Made by a program: the position numbers and the translations under genes. A DNA stretch of 64,000 nt from Candidatus Omnitrophota bacterium (lineage in GTDB: Bacteria > Omnitrophota > Gorgyraeia > Gorgyraeales > Gorgyraeaceae): contig JBDRJN010000003.1 in assembly GCA_043814965.1 (NCBI GenBank), positions 68,564 through 132,563 of the forward strand. Direction: 5' to 3'. A model generated the notes under the pieces. It searched no databases, was not told the DNA's origin, and worked only from the letters and a program-made list of their open reading frames with translations. This document shows, piece after piece, positions 1 through 9,066 of the stretch; positions within the stretch are counted from its first letter, which is position 1, and every line of letters begins with the position of its first letter.

Positions 1-20
1 CCAGTAACGCCTATTATCAT
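1..20 (-). CDS. coaE: Dephospho-CoA kinase, 5' end only (runs off window)
   Basis: ATG at 20 reads MIIGVTG, the typical CoaE start before the P-loop. It begins 5 nt after the polA stop, and polA-coaE is a common pairing. Only about 7 codons are visible. Confidence 0.6.
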
Positions 21-25
21 ATTGA

Positions 26-2704
26 TCATAGCTCCTTTGTCTCAAGCCAGTTTCTTCCATATTTCAAACTGATCTTTGTCGGTATACGGAGTTTTATCGC
101 GCCTTCCATCTCTCTTTTAACGAGGTCCTTCATGACTTCCAATTCCTTTGCCGGGACCTCGAACACTAACTCATCATGCACCTGAAGGGTCATGATGGAC
201 CCAAGGCGCATTTCCCGGATCTTATTGTGTATAGCTATCATCGCTATCTTGATAAGATCCGCCGCCGAGCCTTGTATGGGAGCATTGATAGCTATCCTCT
301 CTGCTTGCTGCCGTTCTCTTATGTTTTCAGAAACTATCAGGGGAACATATCTACGCCTATTAAAAAGCGTCATCACATATCCCATATCCTTTGCATTCTC
401 TATAGTCTCGTCTATATAAAGTTTTACGCGTGGATATCTTTCAAAATAGTTCTCTATAAACTGCTGCGCGCTCTGAGGGTCTATAGAAAGGCTTCTCGAA
501 AGGCCAAAGGCGCTTATCCCATAGACTATACCAAAGTTTACTGCCTTGGCGTTGTTTCGCATATCCTGCGTGACATCCTTTTCATCGACATCGAATATCA
601 ATGAAGCTGTATGAGTATGGACATCCCTGTCTTCCTCAAAAGTTTTTATCAATTCTTCGTCCCTCGATAGATGCGCGAGTATCCTCAGCTCTATCTGAGA
701 ATAATCAGCTGACATGATAAAGGTGTCTTTCTCTCCTATAAAAGCGCCTCTTATTTTCCTTCCCTCTACGGTCTTTACAGGGATATTCTGGAGATTTGGG
801 CTACTGGAAGAAAGCCTTCCGGTAGCAGTGATGGTCTGATTGAATGATGTATGAAGCCTCTTGGTCTCTTTATTTATAAGGCCAGGCAAGGCATCGATAT
901 AGGTTGACTTTAGCTTTGATAACTCCCTGTACCTCAAAAGTTCTTTTGGTAAAGGATGTAATGCGGACAATCTCTCCAATACCCCTACATCCGTAGAGTA
1001 TCCTGTCTTTGTCTTTTTGACTGTCGGCAGCGACATCTTCTCGAACAATATCTCTGCAAGCTGTTTAGGAGAATTTATGTTGAACTCCGTGCCGGCCATT
1101 TTATATATATTCTTTATTATAAGCGAGAGCTCTTCTTCCATCTCTTTGGATAGTTTCTTTAATAGCCCTGTGTCTATCTTTACGCCTCTCTCTTCCATAC
1201 AAGAAAGCACATCCACCAGGGGGAGTTCTATTTCCCTGAACAACTTGTCCAATTCTTTCTCGAAAAGCAATTTCTCTAATATCTTCTTAAGCCTGAATGT
1301 AACGTCAGCGTCTTCACATGAATATTCGGATATCTTTTCTATGGGCACCTTATCTATACCTATCTTGTCCTTCCCCTTGCCTACCAACTCCTCAAAAGAT
1401 ATCATCTTGTGATCTAGATATTCCAAAGACAGGTCATCTAGATTATGATTTATCTTTGAAGGGTTCAATAGATAAGAAGCTATCATAGTATCAAAATCTA
1501 TGCCTTTTAGGTCAATGCCATGCCTGGAAAGAATGATCTTCTCATACTTTATATTCTGTCCTATTTTCTTAATAGCGCCATTCTCTAGTATTGGCCTTAA
1601 ATATCCGAGAAGCTCATCCGACCTTATCTTTTGGCCTATAACTATATAATATGCCATAGCCTCTTCCCACGAGAAAGATATCCCTACAAGCTCTGCCTCG
1701 AGCGGATCTTTACTGGTAGTCTCGAAATCCATAGAGAATTCTTTTTGTTTTTTAAGTAACTCCATGAAATCTGCCAACTCTTTTTTGCCAGAGATCGTCT
1801 TATAAACAGATTCTTCTCTAAGGCTTGAAGCGCTTGACAGGATCTCCTTGGCCAGGCTTTTAAACTCAAGCTCTTTGAACATACTTAAAAGCCTTTCAGG
1901 ATCAGCATCCTTGATCTCAATGTCTTCCAGCTTCATATCTATAGGTGTATTTATATCCAAGATCGCTAATTTTTTTGATAAAAATGCGTTTTCCCTGCCT
2001 TCCAAAAGCAACTTTTTTCTGGATTGACTCTCTATCTCTTCTATGTTTTCGTACAGGTTCTCTATATTCTTGAACCTACTTATAAGTTCTATAGCGGTCT
2101 TTTCGCCTATACCGTGCACTCCCGGTATATTGTCAATAGCATCTCCCATGAGGCCAACAATGTCTACGATGTTATCGGGCTCTACACCAAATCGTTCTTT
2201 AATGTATTTCTTATCATATACAATACCGTCTTTTTGGGTGTTATATACCTTTACATTATCAGTGACCAATTGTAAGGCATCCTTATCCCCTGTAACAATA
2301 TAGACCTCTAAACCTTTCTTTGATAGAAAGCTTGCGATCGTAGCCAATACATCATCAGCTTCAAAACCGGTTTTTTCGAATATCGCTATATTATAAGCCT
2401 TTAGCATATCTTTTATTATGGGTATCTGCATCACGAGCTCGTCTGGCATGGGTTTACGCTGTATTTTGTATTCCTTGAACTCATCATGCCTGAAAGTAGG
2501 CCCCTTGAGATCGAACGCAACAGCTATGTAGCCGAGCCTTTTATCTGCCAAGAGCTTCTTAAGCATCAGCAAGAACCCGTAGACAGCATTTGTCGGCTGT
2601 CCTCCCGAGGTCCTTAATTCCTTTATTGCATAATAAGCCCTGTAGCAATAGGAATTACCGTCTATTAGAAAGGCCTTTTTATTTTTTTTAGCACCAGGGG
2701 TCAT
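26..2704 (-). CDS. polA: DNA polymerase I
   Basis: 5'-3' exonuclease N-terminus (LIDGNS, EADD), 3'-5' exo-like DFETTS, and polymerase motifs ADYSQIELR, AKAVNFGIVYG, QVHDELVFE. Confidence 0.98.
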   Translation of the reverse strand: MTPGAKKNKKAFLIDGNSYCYRAYYAIKELRTSGGQPTNAVYGFLLMLKKLLADKRLGYIAVAFDLKGPTFRHDEFKEYKIQRKPMPDELVMQIPIIKDMLKAYNIAIFEKTGFEADDVLATIASFLSKKGLEVYIVTGDKDALQLVTDNVKVYNTQKDGIVYDKKYIKERFGVEPDNIVDIVGLMGDAIDNIPGVHGIGEKTAIELISRFKNIENLYENIEEIESQSRKKLLLEGRENAFLSKKLAILDINTPIDMKLEDIEIKDADPERLLSMFKELEFKSLAKEILSSASSLREESVYKTISGKKELADFMELLKKQKEFSMDFETTSKDPLEAELVGISFSWEEAMAYYIVIGQKIRSDELLGYLRPILENGAIKKIGQNIKYEKIILSRHGIDLKGIDFDTMIASYLLNPSKINHNLDDLSLEYLDHKMISFEELVGKGKDKIGIDKVPIEKISEYSCEDADVTFRLKKILEKLLFEKELDKLFREIELPLVDVLSCMEERGVKIDTGLLKKLSKEMEEELSLIIKNIYKMAGTEFNINSPKQLAEILFEKMSLPTVKKTKTGYSTDVGVLERLSALHPLPKELLRYRELSKLKSTYIDALPGLINKETKRLHTSFNQTITATGRLSSSSPNLQNIPVKTVEGRKIRGAFIGEKDTFIMSADYSQIELRILAHLSRDEELIKTFEEDRDVHTHTASLIFDVDEKDVTQDMRNNAKAVNFGIVYGISAFGLSRSLSIDPQSAQQFIENYFERYPRVKLYIDETIENAKDMGYVMTLFNRRRYVPLIVSENIRERQQAERIAINAPIQGSAADLIKIAMIAIHNKIREMRLGSIMTLQVHDELVFEVPAKELEVMKDLVKREMEGAIKLRIPTKISLKYGRNWLETKEL

Positions 2705-2829
2705 TCTAGATCGTTATAATGCATATAAAGATATTGACAGAGTTTTTATCAGGATTTCTCATCTTAATCTAATCAGGGATTACTTCTTAATAAATGGAAG
2801 GGTTATGTACACTTTTTAGGAATAAAGTA

Positions 2830-4008
2830 TTATTCCGGCAAAATATTAAGTATTGCCTCGAATTCTTTTTTTGCGCGCTTATAGTCGTTCTGACGATAAA
2901 GCATAATACCTTCTTTGTAATGATCTCCTATCCTCTCCTCCTTCATTTTATTTTTTATAGACTTCTCGAGCTCCATCAGGGAAGCGTCTTCCGGATAATT
3001 CTTCCTGGCAGCTCTGATGGTATTGAGAGCCTTGGCATGTTCACCGTTCTTATAATAATTTCTAGCACTAAGATAGTAACTTCTTGCGTTGCTGTCGAAT
3101 GCCTTTTCTTTGTATTTCTTGGGGGTCCTAGTTGTACTTTTCTTCCCCTTCTTCAGTCTTTCTTCGGCTAATTTTAATGACTTTTCGAGTTCTTTATCTA
3201 TATCTTTCTTGTCGGTCTTCTTGATGGCTTCTGCTTTTTTCTTTTTAGCGGTCTCTTTTTTGGGCTTGGGAGATTTTTCTTTTGAAGCCTTCTTTTTATC
3301 TTTTTTGGCTTCTTTTTCCTCGGCCTCAGATATTTTCTTTTCTTTTTTTGCTGAGGCGGGTTTTTCCTTCTTTGACCCTAGCCTGGCCCATCCGCTAGTG
3401 TCCTTTTGATCTTTTTTACTGTCTTTTTTCGAGGCCTCTTTTTTTGTGTCTTCTTTTTTCTTGTCTTTCGTAGGTCCTTTTATATCATCCGCCTCTCGCT
3501 GCTGTAATGTATCTTTTAATATCTTGGCTTCTTCTTTTTCATCCAGGAGCCCCTGCTGTATAAGCTTCTTTTTTGCTTCCTGAGTCCACAGATCATTAGG
3601 ATTGCCGAGCTTATACCTCTTCATCCAAAAAAATGAAGCCTTTTCAGGCTCACCTTTTCTTTCATAGAAAAGAGCCAGGTTTGTGTGGGCTTTTTCATAA
3701 TTAGGGTCTATAGCCAAAGCCTTCTTGTAAGATAACTCTGCTCTATCCAGCCAACCTTTCGCCTCATAAAGTATCCCAAGATCATTATGCGGAGCTGCAT
3801 AATTGATATCAAGACTGGCTGACTTTTGATACCAAGAGATAGCGTCGTCTATATCGCCTCTCTCCTGAGCTTCGTATCCCATCTTACGATAAGATACGGC
3901 ATCGTCTTTTAGCTTTACGCCGGAATAGACGGTATCATTGCTCATAAAAATAACTACAAATAAAAAGAAAAGATATATAATGGTATATTTTGTAAAACTT
4001 TTTGTCAT
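2830..4008 (-). CDS. Exported/membrane-anchored TPR protein with long Lys/Glu-rich linker
   Basis: Hydrophobic N-terminus, TPR repeats (APHNDLGILYE..AELSYKKALAIDP), about 130 aa of K/E-rich low complexity, C-terminal TPR-like helices. SD AGGAG. Confidence 0.75.
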   Translation of the reverse strand: MTKSFTKYTIIYLFFLFVVIFMSNDTVYSGVKLKDDAVSYRKMGYEAQERGDIDDAISWYQKSASLDINYAAPHNDLGILYEAKGWLDRAELSYKKALAIDPNYEKAHTNLALFYERKGEPEKASFFWMKRYKLGNPNDLWTQEAKKKLIQQGLLDEKEEAKILKDTLQQREADDIKGPTKDKKKEDTKKEASKKDSKKDQKDTSGWARLGSKKEKPASAKKEKKISEAEEKEAKKDKKKASKEKSPKPKKETAKKKKAEAIKKTDKKDIDKELEKSLKLAEERLKKGKKSTTRTPKKYKEKAFDSNARSYYLSARNYYKNGEHAKALNTIRAARKNYPEDASLMELEKSIKNKMKEERIGDHYKEGIMLYRQNDYKRAKKEFEAILNILPE

Positions 4009-4029
4009 CTACCAACTCCTTTTTTGACA

Positions 4030-4058
4030 AGTGTATCATACATATGCTATGGCGTCAA
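4030..4058 (-). promoter_or_regulatory. Putative sigma70 promoter of the TPR gene
   Basis: Minus strand TTGACG-N17-TACACT with extended TG. Confidence 0.55.
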
Positions 4059-4089
4059 GTTAAAATTAGTAAGGAATATACTATATCCC

Positions 4090-5571
4090 TTACTCTTTAA
4101 TAAAGTTAGAAAAACGGCCTCCCGTAAGGGCATCCAGGTCCGCGGTGAGTTCTTGTATCCTTAGGTCAAGATCTATTTTTTCTTTAATGTCTTTAGTGTC
4201 AGAGTAATGTTTTTCCAAGACAAGTCTTCTGCGCTCAAAATATACCCTGGTCACCTCGTCCATGATATCGTCTCGCAGCTGTACCATTAACTTAGACCTG
4301 GTATCTATTGAGGTCTGAGATTCGTTCCAGACCAAATCGCCCAGGTCCCATGACAGACTGACGCCCCAATCATGAGGCCCTGTATAATACCTGTCACTCC
4401 CGCTGTCATAGGTAACAGTCTTATCGTAGTCTAAAGACAAGTCGGGAAGTATTGCCTTGACCTTGGCCTTCCTCCTCCAGGACCTTATTTTATCAGGATG
4501 GACTTCAGCATAATCTATCGCATCGCCTTGCACATCATTTATAGTGGGCTCATATTTAAATAAAGAACTAAAGATATCTTCTTGTGTCATATTTTTTAGA
4601 AAGGGCCTGTCTATGTTAGTCTTATATAGCCCTTTATTCGAAGCAACCAATATCAGGCCTTTACTGCTTATTGAGATATCGTTTATCACAGAACTTCCTA
4701 TGCCCTTATACAATGTTATCCATCTTTTCATATCTTTATCAAATAAAAAGACATTTCCGGCAGTAACAGCATACATATCATCCCCTAGACGATCCATCTT
4801 TTTTACTGCCTTGGAATCCAGGCCTTCAAGTTCAAACCTCCTCCAGCTAACCCCTTTATCAGAAGTCACAAATATCCCCTTGGTTGTAGTGATAAATAGT
4901 TCTTTGTCCTTTACCAGTATACTATTCATGGAACTTGAGATATCGCTTTCGTATTCCTCCTCTACATCATAATCAGGCTCTTCGGCTGTCGAAGAAACAA
5001 ATACCCTGTCCCATCCGAATTGGTTATTTTTATAAAGCCCGTTGTCTGATATCACAAATATATCCTCTCCCAGAAAATCTATCCATTCAATACCCAATCC
5101 AGCTACCTTTCCAAAGACATTGTCCCAGGTCGATCCCTTATCATGGCTGATAAACAAGCCTTTTTTTGTACCAACATAGACCAGGCCATCCTTAAAAGCA
5201 ATGTACTTGGCGCTCTTGGTTTCCGCAATACCCTTAAATACATCCTGCCATCCAGTTACTCCACCTATACTCCTAAAGACACCTTTTTCTGTCAACACAA
5301 AGACTTCTTGATCTATTATACCTATAAAATTTATACTATCCTCGATCGTAACAGAAAAGACTCCCTTCCAGGTCAAGCCCATGTCGCTGCTTCTATATAG
5401 CCTCTTCGAACTTGCCGCATATATAACTCCAAACTCATCTATAGCGACTTCTTTGATGTCAGGGTCTTTTATACCTCCTATAAGCTCCCAGCTTGTGCTG
5501 GAAAAGCAAGGCCTCTCTAGAGAAAAAAAGAACACAAAAAACAGCACTAAGATAGCATGAAACGCCTTCAT
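4090..5571 (-). CDS. Secreted beta-propeller (BNR/Asp-box) protein with C-terminal TolC-half-like domain
   Basis: Signal peptide; Asp-box repeats SSDMGLTW, SHDKGSTW, TSDKGVSW; C-terminal LPDLSLDY..WGVSLSWDL beta-hairpin followed by long helices. Confidence 0.65.
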   Translation of the reverse strand: MKAFHAILVLFFVFFFSLERPCFSSTSWELIGGIKDPDIKEVAIDEFGVIYAASSKRLYRSSDMGLTWKGVFSVTIEDSINFIGIIDQEVFVLTEKGVFRSIGGVTGWQDVFKGIAETKSAKYIAFKDGLVYVGTKKGLFISHDKGSTWDNVFGKVAGLGIEWIDFLGEDIFVISDNGLYKNNQFGWDRVFVSSTAEEPDYDVEEEYESDISSSMNSILVKDKELFITTTKGIFVTSDKGVSWRRFELEGLDSKAVKKMDRLGDDMYAVTAGNVFLFDKDMKRWITLYKGIGSSVINDISISSKGLILVASNKGLYKTNIDRPFLKNMTQEDIFSSLFKYEPTINDVQGDAIDYAEVHPDKIRSWRRKAKVKAILPDLSLDYDKTVTYDSGSDRYYTGPHDWGVSLSWDLGDLVWNESQTSIDTRSKLMVQLRDDIMDEVTRVYFERRRLVLEKHYSDTKDIKEKIDLDLRIQELTADLDALTGGRFSNFIKE

Positions 5572-5663
5572 GGCACACCTCCTTAAAAATATAGATATTC
5601 GGGCTTGATTTGTCTCATACAGAATAGACTGGGTTTAAACTAGGGGTAATAAAAGAATAATCT

Positions 5664-6086
5664 CTAGCCAGAAAGAGACTTTAAAAAATCTTGTATTTTT
5701 TTCTTTGTACTCTCTTTAAGGTCCATAAAAGAGACTCCTGCATTATATATCATCTTTTCGCCTTTTACATACTGTACTTTTGTAAGGGCTTCGATGGTAT
5801 CCCTGCCGCCAAAGATAGGAGGGTCTACTTTTGTGGAAAGAACCGTATTTATGGAAAGTTTTTTACTTATAGCAAAAGACGCGCCGCCCGCACTGATATC
5901 CCTGCCCTGGGAGATATCCCATTTTGCATCAGGGTCCTTTGCATCTTTATATCTTACTATGAAACCGACATTGAACCTGGGGGATTTTCTCTTTTCCGTA
6001 ACAGATGCACCTAGGTACATCTCGCAGTGAGGGCACTCATCAAGATGCTCTTCTATATTCTCTAAACAAAACTGGCAGGTTTTCAT
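5664..6086 (-). CDS. Zinc-ribbon + PilZ domain protein (c-di-GMP receptor)
   Basis: CQFC..CPHC, then RKSPR (RxxxR) and DISAGG (DxSxxG). Confidence 0.8.
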   Translation of the reverse strand: MKTCQFCLENIEEHLDECPHCEMYLGASVTEKRKSPRFNVGFIVRYKDAKDPDAKWDISQGRDISAGGASFAISKKLSINTVLSTKVDPPIFGGRDTIEALTKVQYVKGEKMIYNAGVSFMDLKESTKKKIQDFLKSLSG

Positions 6087-6143
6087 AGCTATACCTTTGT
6101 ATGGTACTAAAAGCCTTTGAGGGGAGACTATCTTTATAGTATT

Positions 6144-6172
6144 ATTGTACTACTTTTGCATGATCTAGGCAA
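6144..6172 (-). promoter_or_regulatory. Putative sigma70 promoter of the PilZ gene
   Basis: TTGCCT-N17-TACAAT on the minus strand. Confidence 0.5.
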
Positions 6173-6196
6173 TAAAAATTTATCCCTCTAAAAAAG

Positions 6197-6293
6197 GTAG
6201 GGGAGCTTTAAAGCTCCCCTACTGTTGTAGACAGGGTTTAGGCGGGAGCGAAAAAGAAAACGGTGTAAAATTTTCACGCTGGGAAAATTTTAC
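6197..6293. repeat. Structured dispersed repeat (partial copy) with GTAG palindrome
   Basis: Perfect 26-nt palindrome gtaggggagctttaaagctcccctac at 6197-6222. The segment is a close reverse-complement match to 45328-45422. Confidence 0.85.
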
Positions 6294-6386
6294 GTCCTCG
6301 AAAGCAGTGCTCACGGGCAGCCAAGAGCAACCTTTGCCCTTAAATTACTATCTAAATTGTACTATGTTGATATTCTATGGAAGGTA

Positions 6387-7220
6387 TTAAAAAACTTTTT
6401 TACGCAGGCTGTCTTTTAAGTCCAGATAATATTTTCCTTCTTCTTCTTTCCCATGCTTTATGCAGCCTGTACCATATATGCGGCATTTTTTTGAAAGCTC
6501 ATCCACGAGAAGCTTGGTTTGTTTATCGTCAAGATCGGATTCATCCAGCAGCTTTTGAAGAGCGGTTATCCTGAACTTATCCATACCTACTCTATGTAAA
6601 TATGACACCTGGTCTTTATGCCCCCCTTCTTTAGAGGTAAGGGGCTTATCTATCAAGAGGAAAGGGTGCTCTACGCTGACCCTCAACCAAAAATCATAAT
6701 CTTCACAACAAGGCAGGCCCTCATCAAAAAAACCTACCCTTTCAAGCAGCTCCTTCCTGATCATGGCTGTTGACATGCTGACAACGCATGCATTAAGGCA
6801 TCTGTCAAATATATACCCATGGTGCTTTTTGTGGATATTTTTCTGATTCAATATTTTTCTGTTCTTATACCATATTTCCTGGGTATGCGAGACAAGATAT
6901 GTGGGCTGGTTTTCCATCTCTCCAAGCTGTATCCAAAGTTTTTCCTTATCCCACCGATCATCTGAATCAAGAAATGCCACAAACGCGCCTTGCGCCTTTT
7001 TAATCCCTAGATTACGCGCGGAAGAAGGCCCCAGGTTGTCTTGCCTTAAACATTTTATCCGATCATCGGGGTAAGAATCAACTAAACTCCGAGTCTCGTC
7101 CTGAGAGCCATCATCTACTACGATAAGCTCAAAATCTTTATAAGTCTGATCCAGTACTGACTCTATGGCCCTTTTTAAAAAAAGGGCCCTGTTGTAAGTA
7201 GGTATGACTATGCTTATCAC
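6387..7220 (-). CDS. Glycosyltransferase family 2
   Basis: ISIVIPTYNR, VVDDGSQD, FLDSDD, CEDYDFWLR. Confidence 0.92.
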   Translation of the reverse strand: MISIVIPTYNRALFLKRAIESVLDQTYKDFELIVVDDGSQDETRSLVDSYPDDRIKCLRQDNLGPSSARNLGIKKAQGAFVAFLDSDDRWDKEKLWIQLGEMENQPTYLVSHTQEIWYKNRKILNQKNIHKKHHGYIFDRCLNACVVSMSTAMIRKELLERVGFFDEGLPCCEDYDFWLRVSVEHPFLLIDKPLTSKEGGHKDQVSYLHRVGMDKFRITALQKLLDESDLDDKQTKLLVDELSKKCRIYGTGCIKHGKEEEGKYYLDLKDSLRKKVF

Positions 7221-7426
7221 TTGCTTATATCAAGAGATTTGCGCAACTGAATCGGTATAGTTTTTAGATAAGCTACGTACCTATCCCAGGAGATATCTTG
7301 TTTTGTTTCCATAAACGGCACGCCTCTGGATGTGTTTTCCTCTTTGTATGTCTCCCACGCGCCGCTCTTTAGGAAGGTATAAAGGAATACAAGCAAAATC
7401 AATATAAAGAAAAACAGTTTTCTCAT
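7217..7426 (-). CDS. Small membrane-anchored hypothetical protein
   Basis: N-terminal hydrophobic helix, G-rich SD upstream, 4-nt overlap with the GT2 start. Confidence 0.55.
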   Translation of the reverse strand: MRKLFFFILILLVFLYTFLKSGAWETYKEENTSRGVPFMETKQDISWDRYVAYLKTIPIQLRKSLDISK

Positions 7427-7486
7427 CTCTTCCCCCTTTTTTTAAAGATGTCTTTCTGCCTGCGGGTGGCCCTGGCCTTCATCGTC

Positions 7487-8230
7487 TCACCTGTTTACAA
7501 TGCTTGCAAAATAACCTGCGCCAAATCCATTGTCTATATTTACCACGGTTACGCCTGGCGCGCAGGAATTGATCATTGTAAGAAGCGGTGCTATACCTTT
7601 AAAACTAGCGCCATATCCTATGCTCGTAGGTACAGCTATGACCGGGCTGGTAATAAGCCCAGCTACTACGCTTGCCAAAGCCCCCTCCATCCCAGCAGCC
7701 ACGATAACTACATTAGCTTTTCTCAAGTCATCTAGCTTATCAAATAACCTGTGTATGCCGGCTACCCCTACATCATATACAGCCTTTACGTTATTTCCCA
7801 TGACCTCCGCAGTGATCCTTGCCTCTTCAGCTACCGGCATATCGCTTGTGCCAGCTGTCAATACAAGGACTGTCTTTTTATTTTTAGGTTTTTTCTTTTT
7901 CAGGTAGATTATTCTGGCGAGTTCGTTGTATTGAAGGTCTTTGCGGGTCTCTTTCAAAAAGTCATAGAGTCTTCTACTGGCTCGTGTAAAAAGGATAAAG
8001 CTGGTCCTTTTTAAAATATCTTCCAGGATCTTCCTTACGTGCTCTGGCCTTTTACCCTCGCAATAGACGACTTCCGCAAAGCCCTTGCGCATTGCTCTAT
8101 GATGATCAAGGCGCGCAAAATTCAAGTCATTGTAAGGCAAGGTCTTTAATATGTCATACGCCTTTTTTACGCTGACTTTTTTATTATATAAGTCATTTAA
8201 TAGTGATCTGATCGGTTTTTTAAAGCTCAT
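7487..8230 (-). CDS. larB: LarB-like nickel-pincer cofactor carboxylase (PurE-like, COG1691)
   Basis: ARLDHHR..GFAEVVYCEGK, AGTSDMPVAEE, DVGVAG, AGMEGAL, PTSIGYG, VVNIDNGFGA. Confidence 0.9.
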   Translation of the reverse strand: MSFKKPIRSLLNDLYNKKVSVKKAYDILKTLPYNDLNFARLDHHRAMRKGFAEVVYCEGKRPEHVRKILEDILKRTSFILFTRASRRLYDFLKETRKDLQYNELARIIYLKKKKPKNKKTVLVLTAGTSDMPVAEEARITAEVMGNNVKAVYDVGVAGIHRLFDKLDDLRKANVVIVAAGMEGALASVVAGLITSPVIAVPTSIGYGASFKGIAPLLTMINSCAPGVTVVNIDNGFGAGYFASIVNR

Positions 8231-8231
8231 T

Positions 8232-8525
8232 TTATTTAAAGATAAAGTATAAAATCACTATTATTGAGATCCCTGATAAGATATAGAAGTCGTTGAAATA
8301 AAATACATCCTTGATCTTGTCAGATAAAAGGCCGGGCCCTGCCTTGCCTGATGAAAAAACGCCTTTTTTACGATAAATATCGAGGTCTTCTACTTTAAAT
8401 CTTACATAGACCCCTCCTATTTTGTAAGAAGGTATTTTCTCTGTTTTTACAAATTCGCTTAACTCGTCTTCCTTGATACCAAGATAATTACTAGCTTCTC
8501 TTAAAGTCAAAAATTTTTTCATCAT
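8232..8525 (-). CDS. Excisionase-type (HTH_17) DNA-binding domain with C-terminal TM helix
   Basis: LTLREASNYLGI..KIPSYKIGG..RFKVEDL, then C-terminal FYILSGISIIVILYFIF. Confidence 0.8.
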   Translation of the reverse strand: MMKKFLTLREASNYLGIKEDELSEFVKTEKIPSYKIGGVYVRFKVEDLDIYRKKGVFSSGKAGPGLLSDKIKDVFYFNDFYILSGISIIVILYFIFK

Positions 8526-8540
8526 CTTAAAAAATTCTTT

Positions 8541-9062
8541 CTAAGCGGATTTCTCTTTTGCTATCCATTCATCCACTACTTGCCTGTCAAATTTCCATTC
8601 GTTCTCTTCTCTGACTGCCGGCAGTTTTCCGGCCTTTGCCCAGTTAAGGATATTCGATTCATCTACTTCCAGGTATGCGGCGAGTTCTCTTGCATTAAAA
8701 AAACTTTCCTTTTTACCTGACAAGATGCTCATCATATCACATTTACCCTGCAAAACAGCCCCTGGCTCGATACCTAACCTTGGAGTCGTGATGTCTCCGA
8801 TCACGTGGGCGCGGGAAAGGATCTTAAGGTCTTTGGACGCGACCACGTTTCCTGTGATCTTGCCTCCCACAATGATCTCCTCGCCCTGTATGTCTGCTTT
8901 TACAGTGGCATTCTCTCCTATCGTAAGAGATCCTTTCGTATCCAATTTTCCATCAAAGCTGCCATTGATCCTGAGGTTAACAGGGTCTTTAAATGTAAGC
9001 GTACCTTGCATGCTAGCATCAACATCAAGTATTTTTTCCTCTACCTTATCACGTCTTGCCAT
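8541..9062 (-). CDS. Bactofilin (polymer-forming cytoskeletal) domain fused to C-terminal HTH_17
   Basis: Beta-helix pattern LRINGSFDGKL..LTIGENATVKADI..IIVGGKITGNV..IEPGAVLQGKCDM, then FNARELAAYLEV..WAKAGKLPA..WKF. Start set at ATG 9062 after a G-rich SD. Confidence 0.85.
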   Translation of the reverse strand: MARRDKVEEKILDVDASMQGTLTFKDPVNLRINGSFDGKLDTKGSLTIGENATVKADIQGEEIIVGGKITGNVVASKDLKILSRAHVIGDITTPRLGIEPGAVLQGKCDMMSILSGKKESFFNARELAAYLEVDESNILNWAKAGKLPAVREENEWKFDRQVVDEWIAKEKSA

Positions 9063-9066
9063 TTCT

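Noticed and set aside
8232-9062. Excisionase-like HTHs as a prophage/ICE remnant
   Set aside because: No integrase, att-bearing tRNA or phage genes; the domains are fused to bactofilin or a TM helix within a tightly packed operon.
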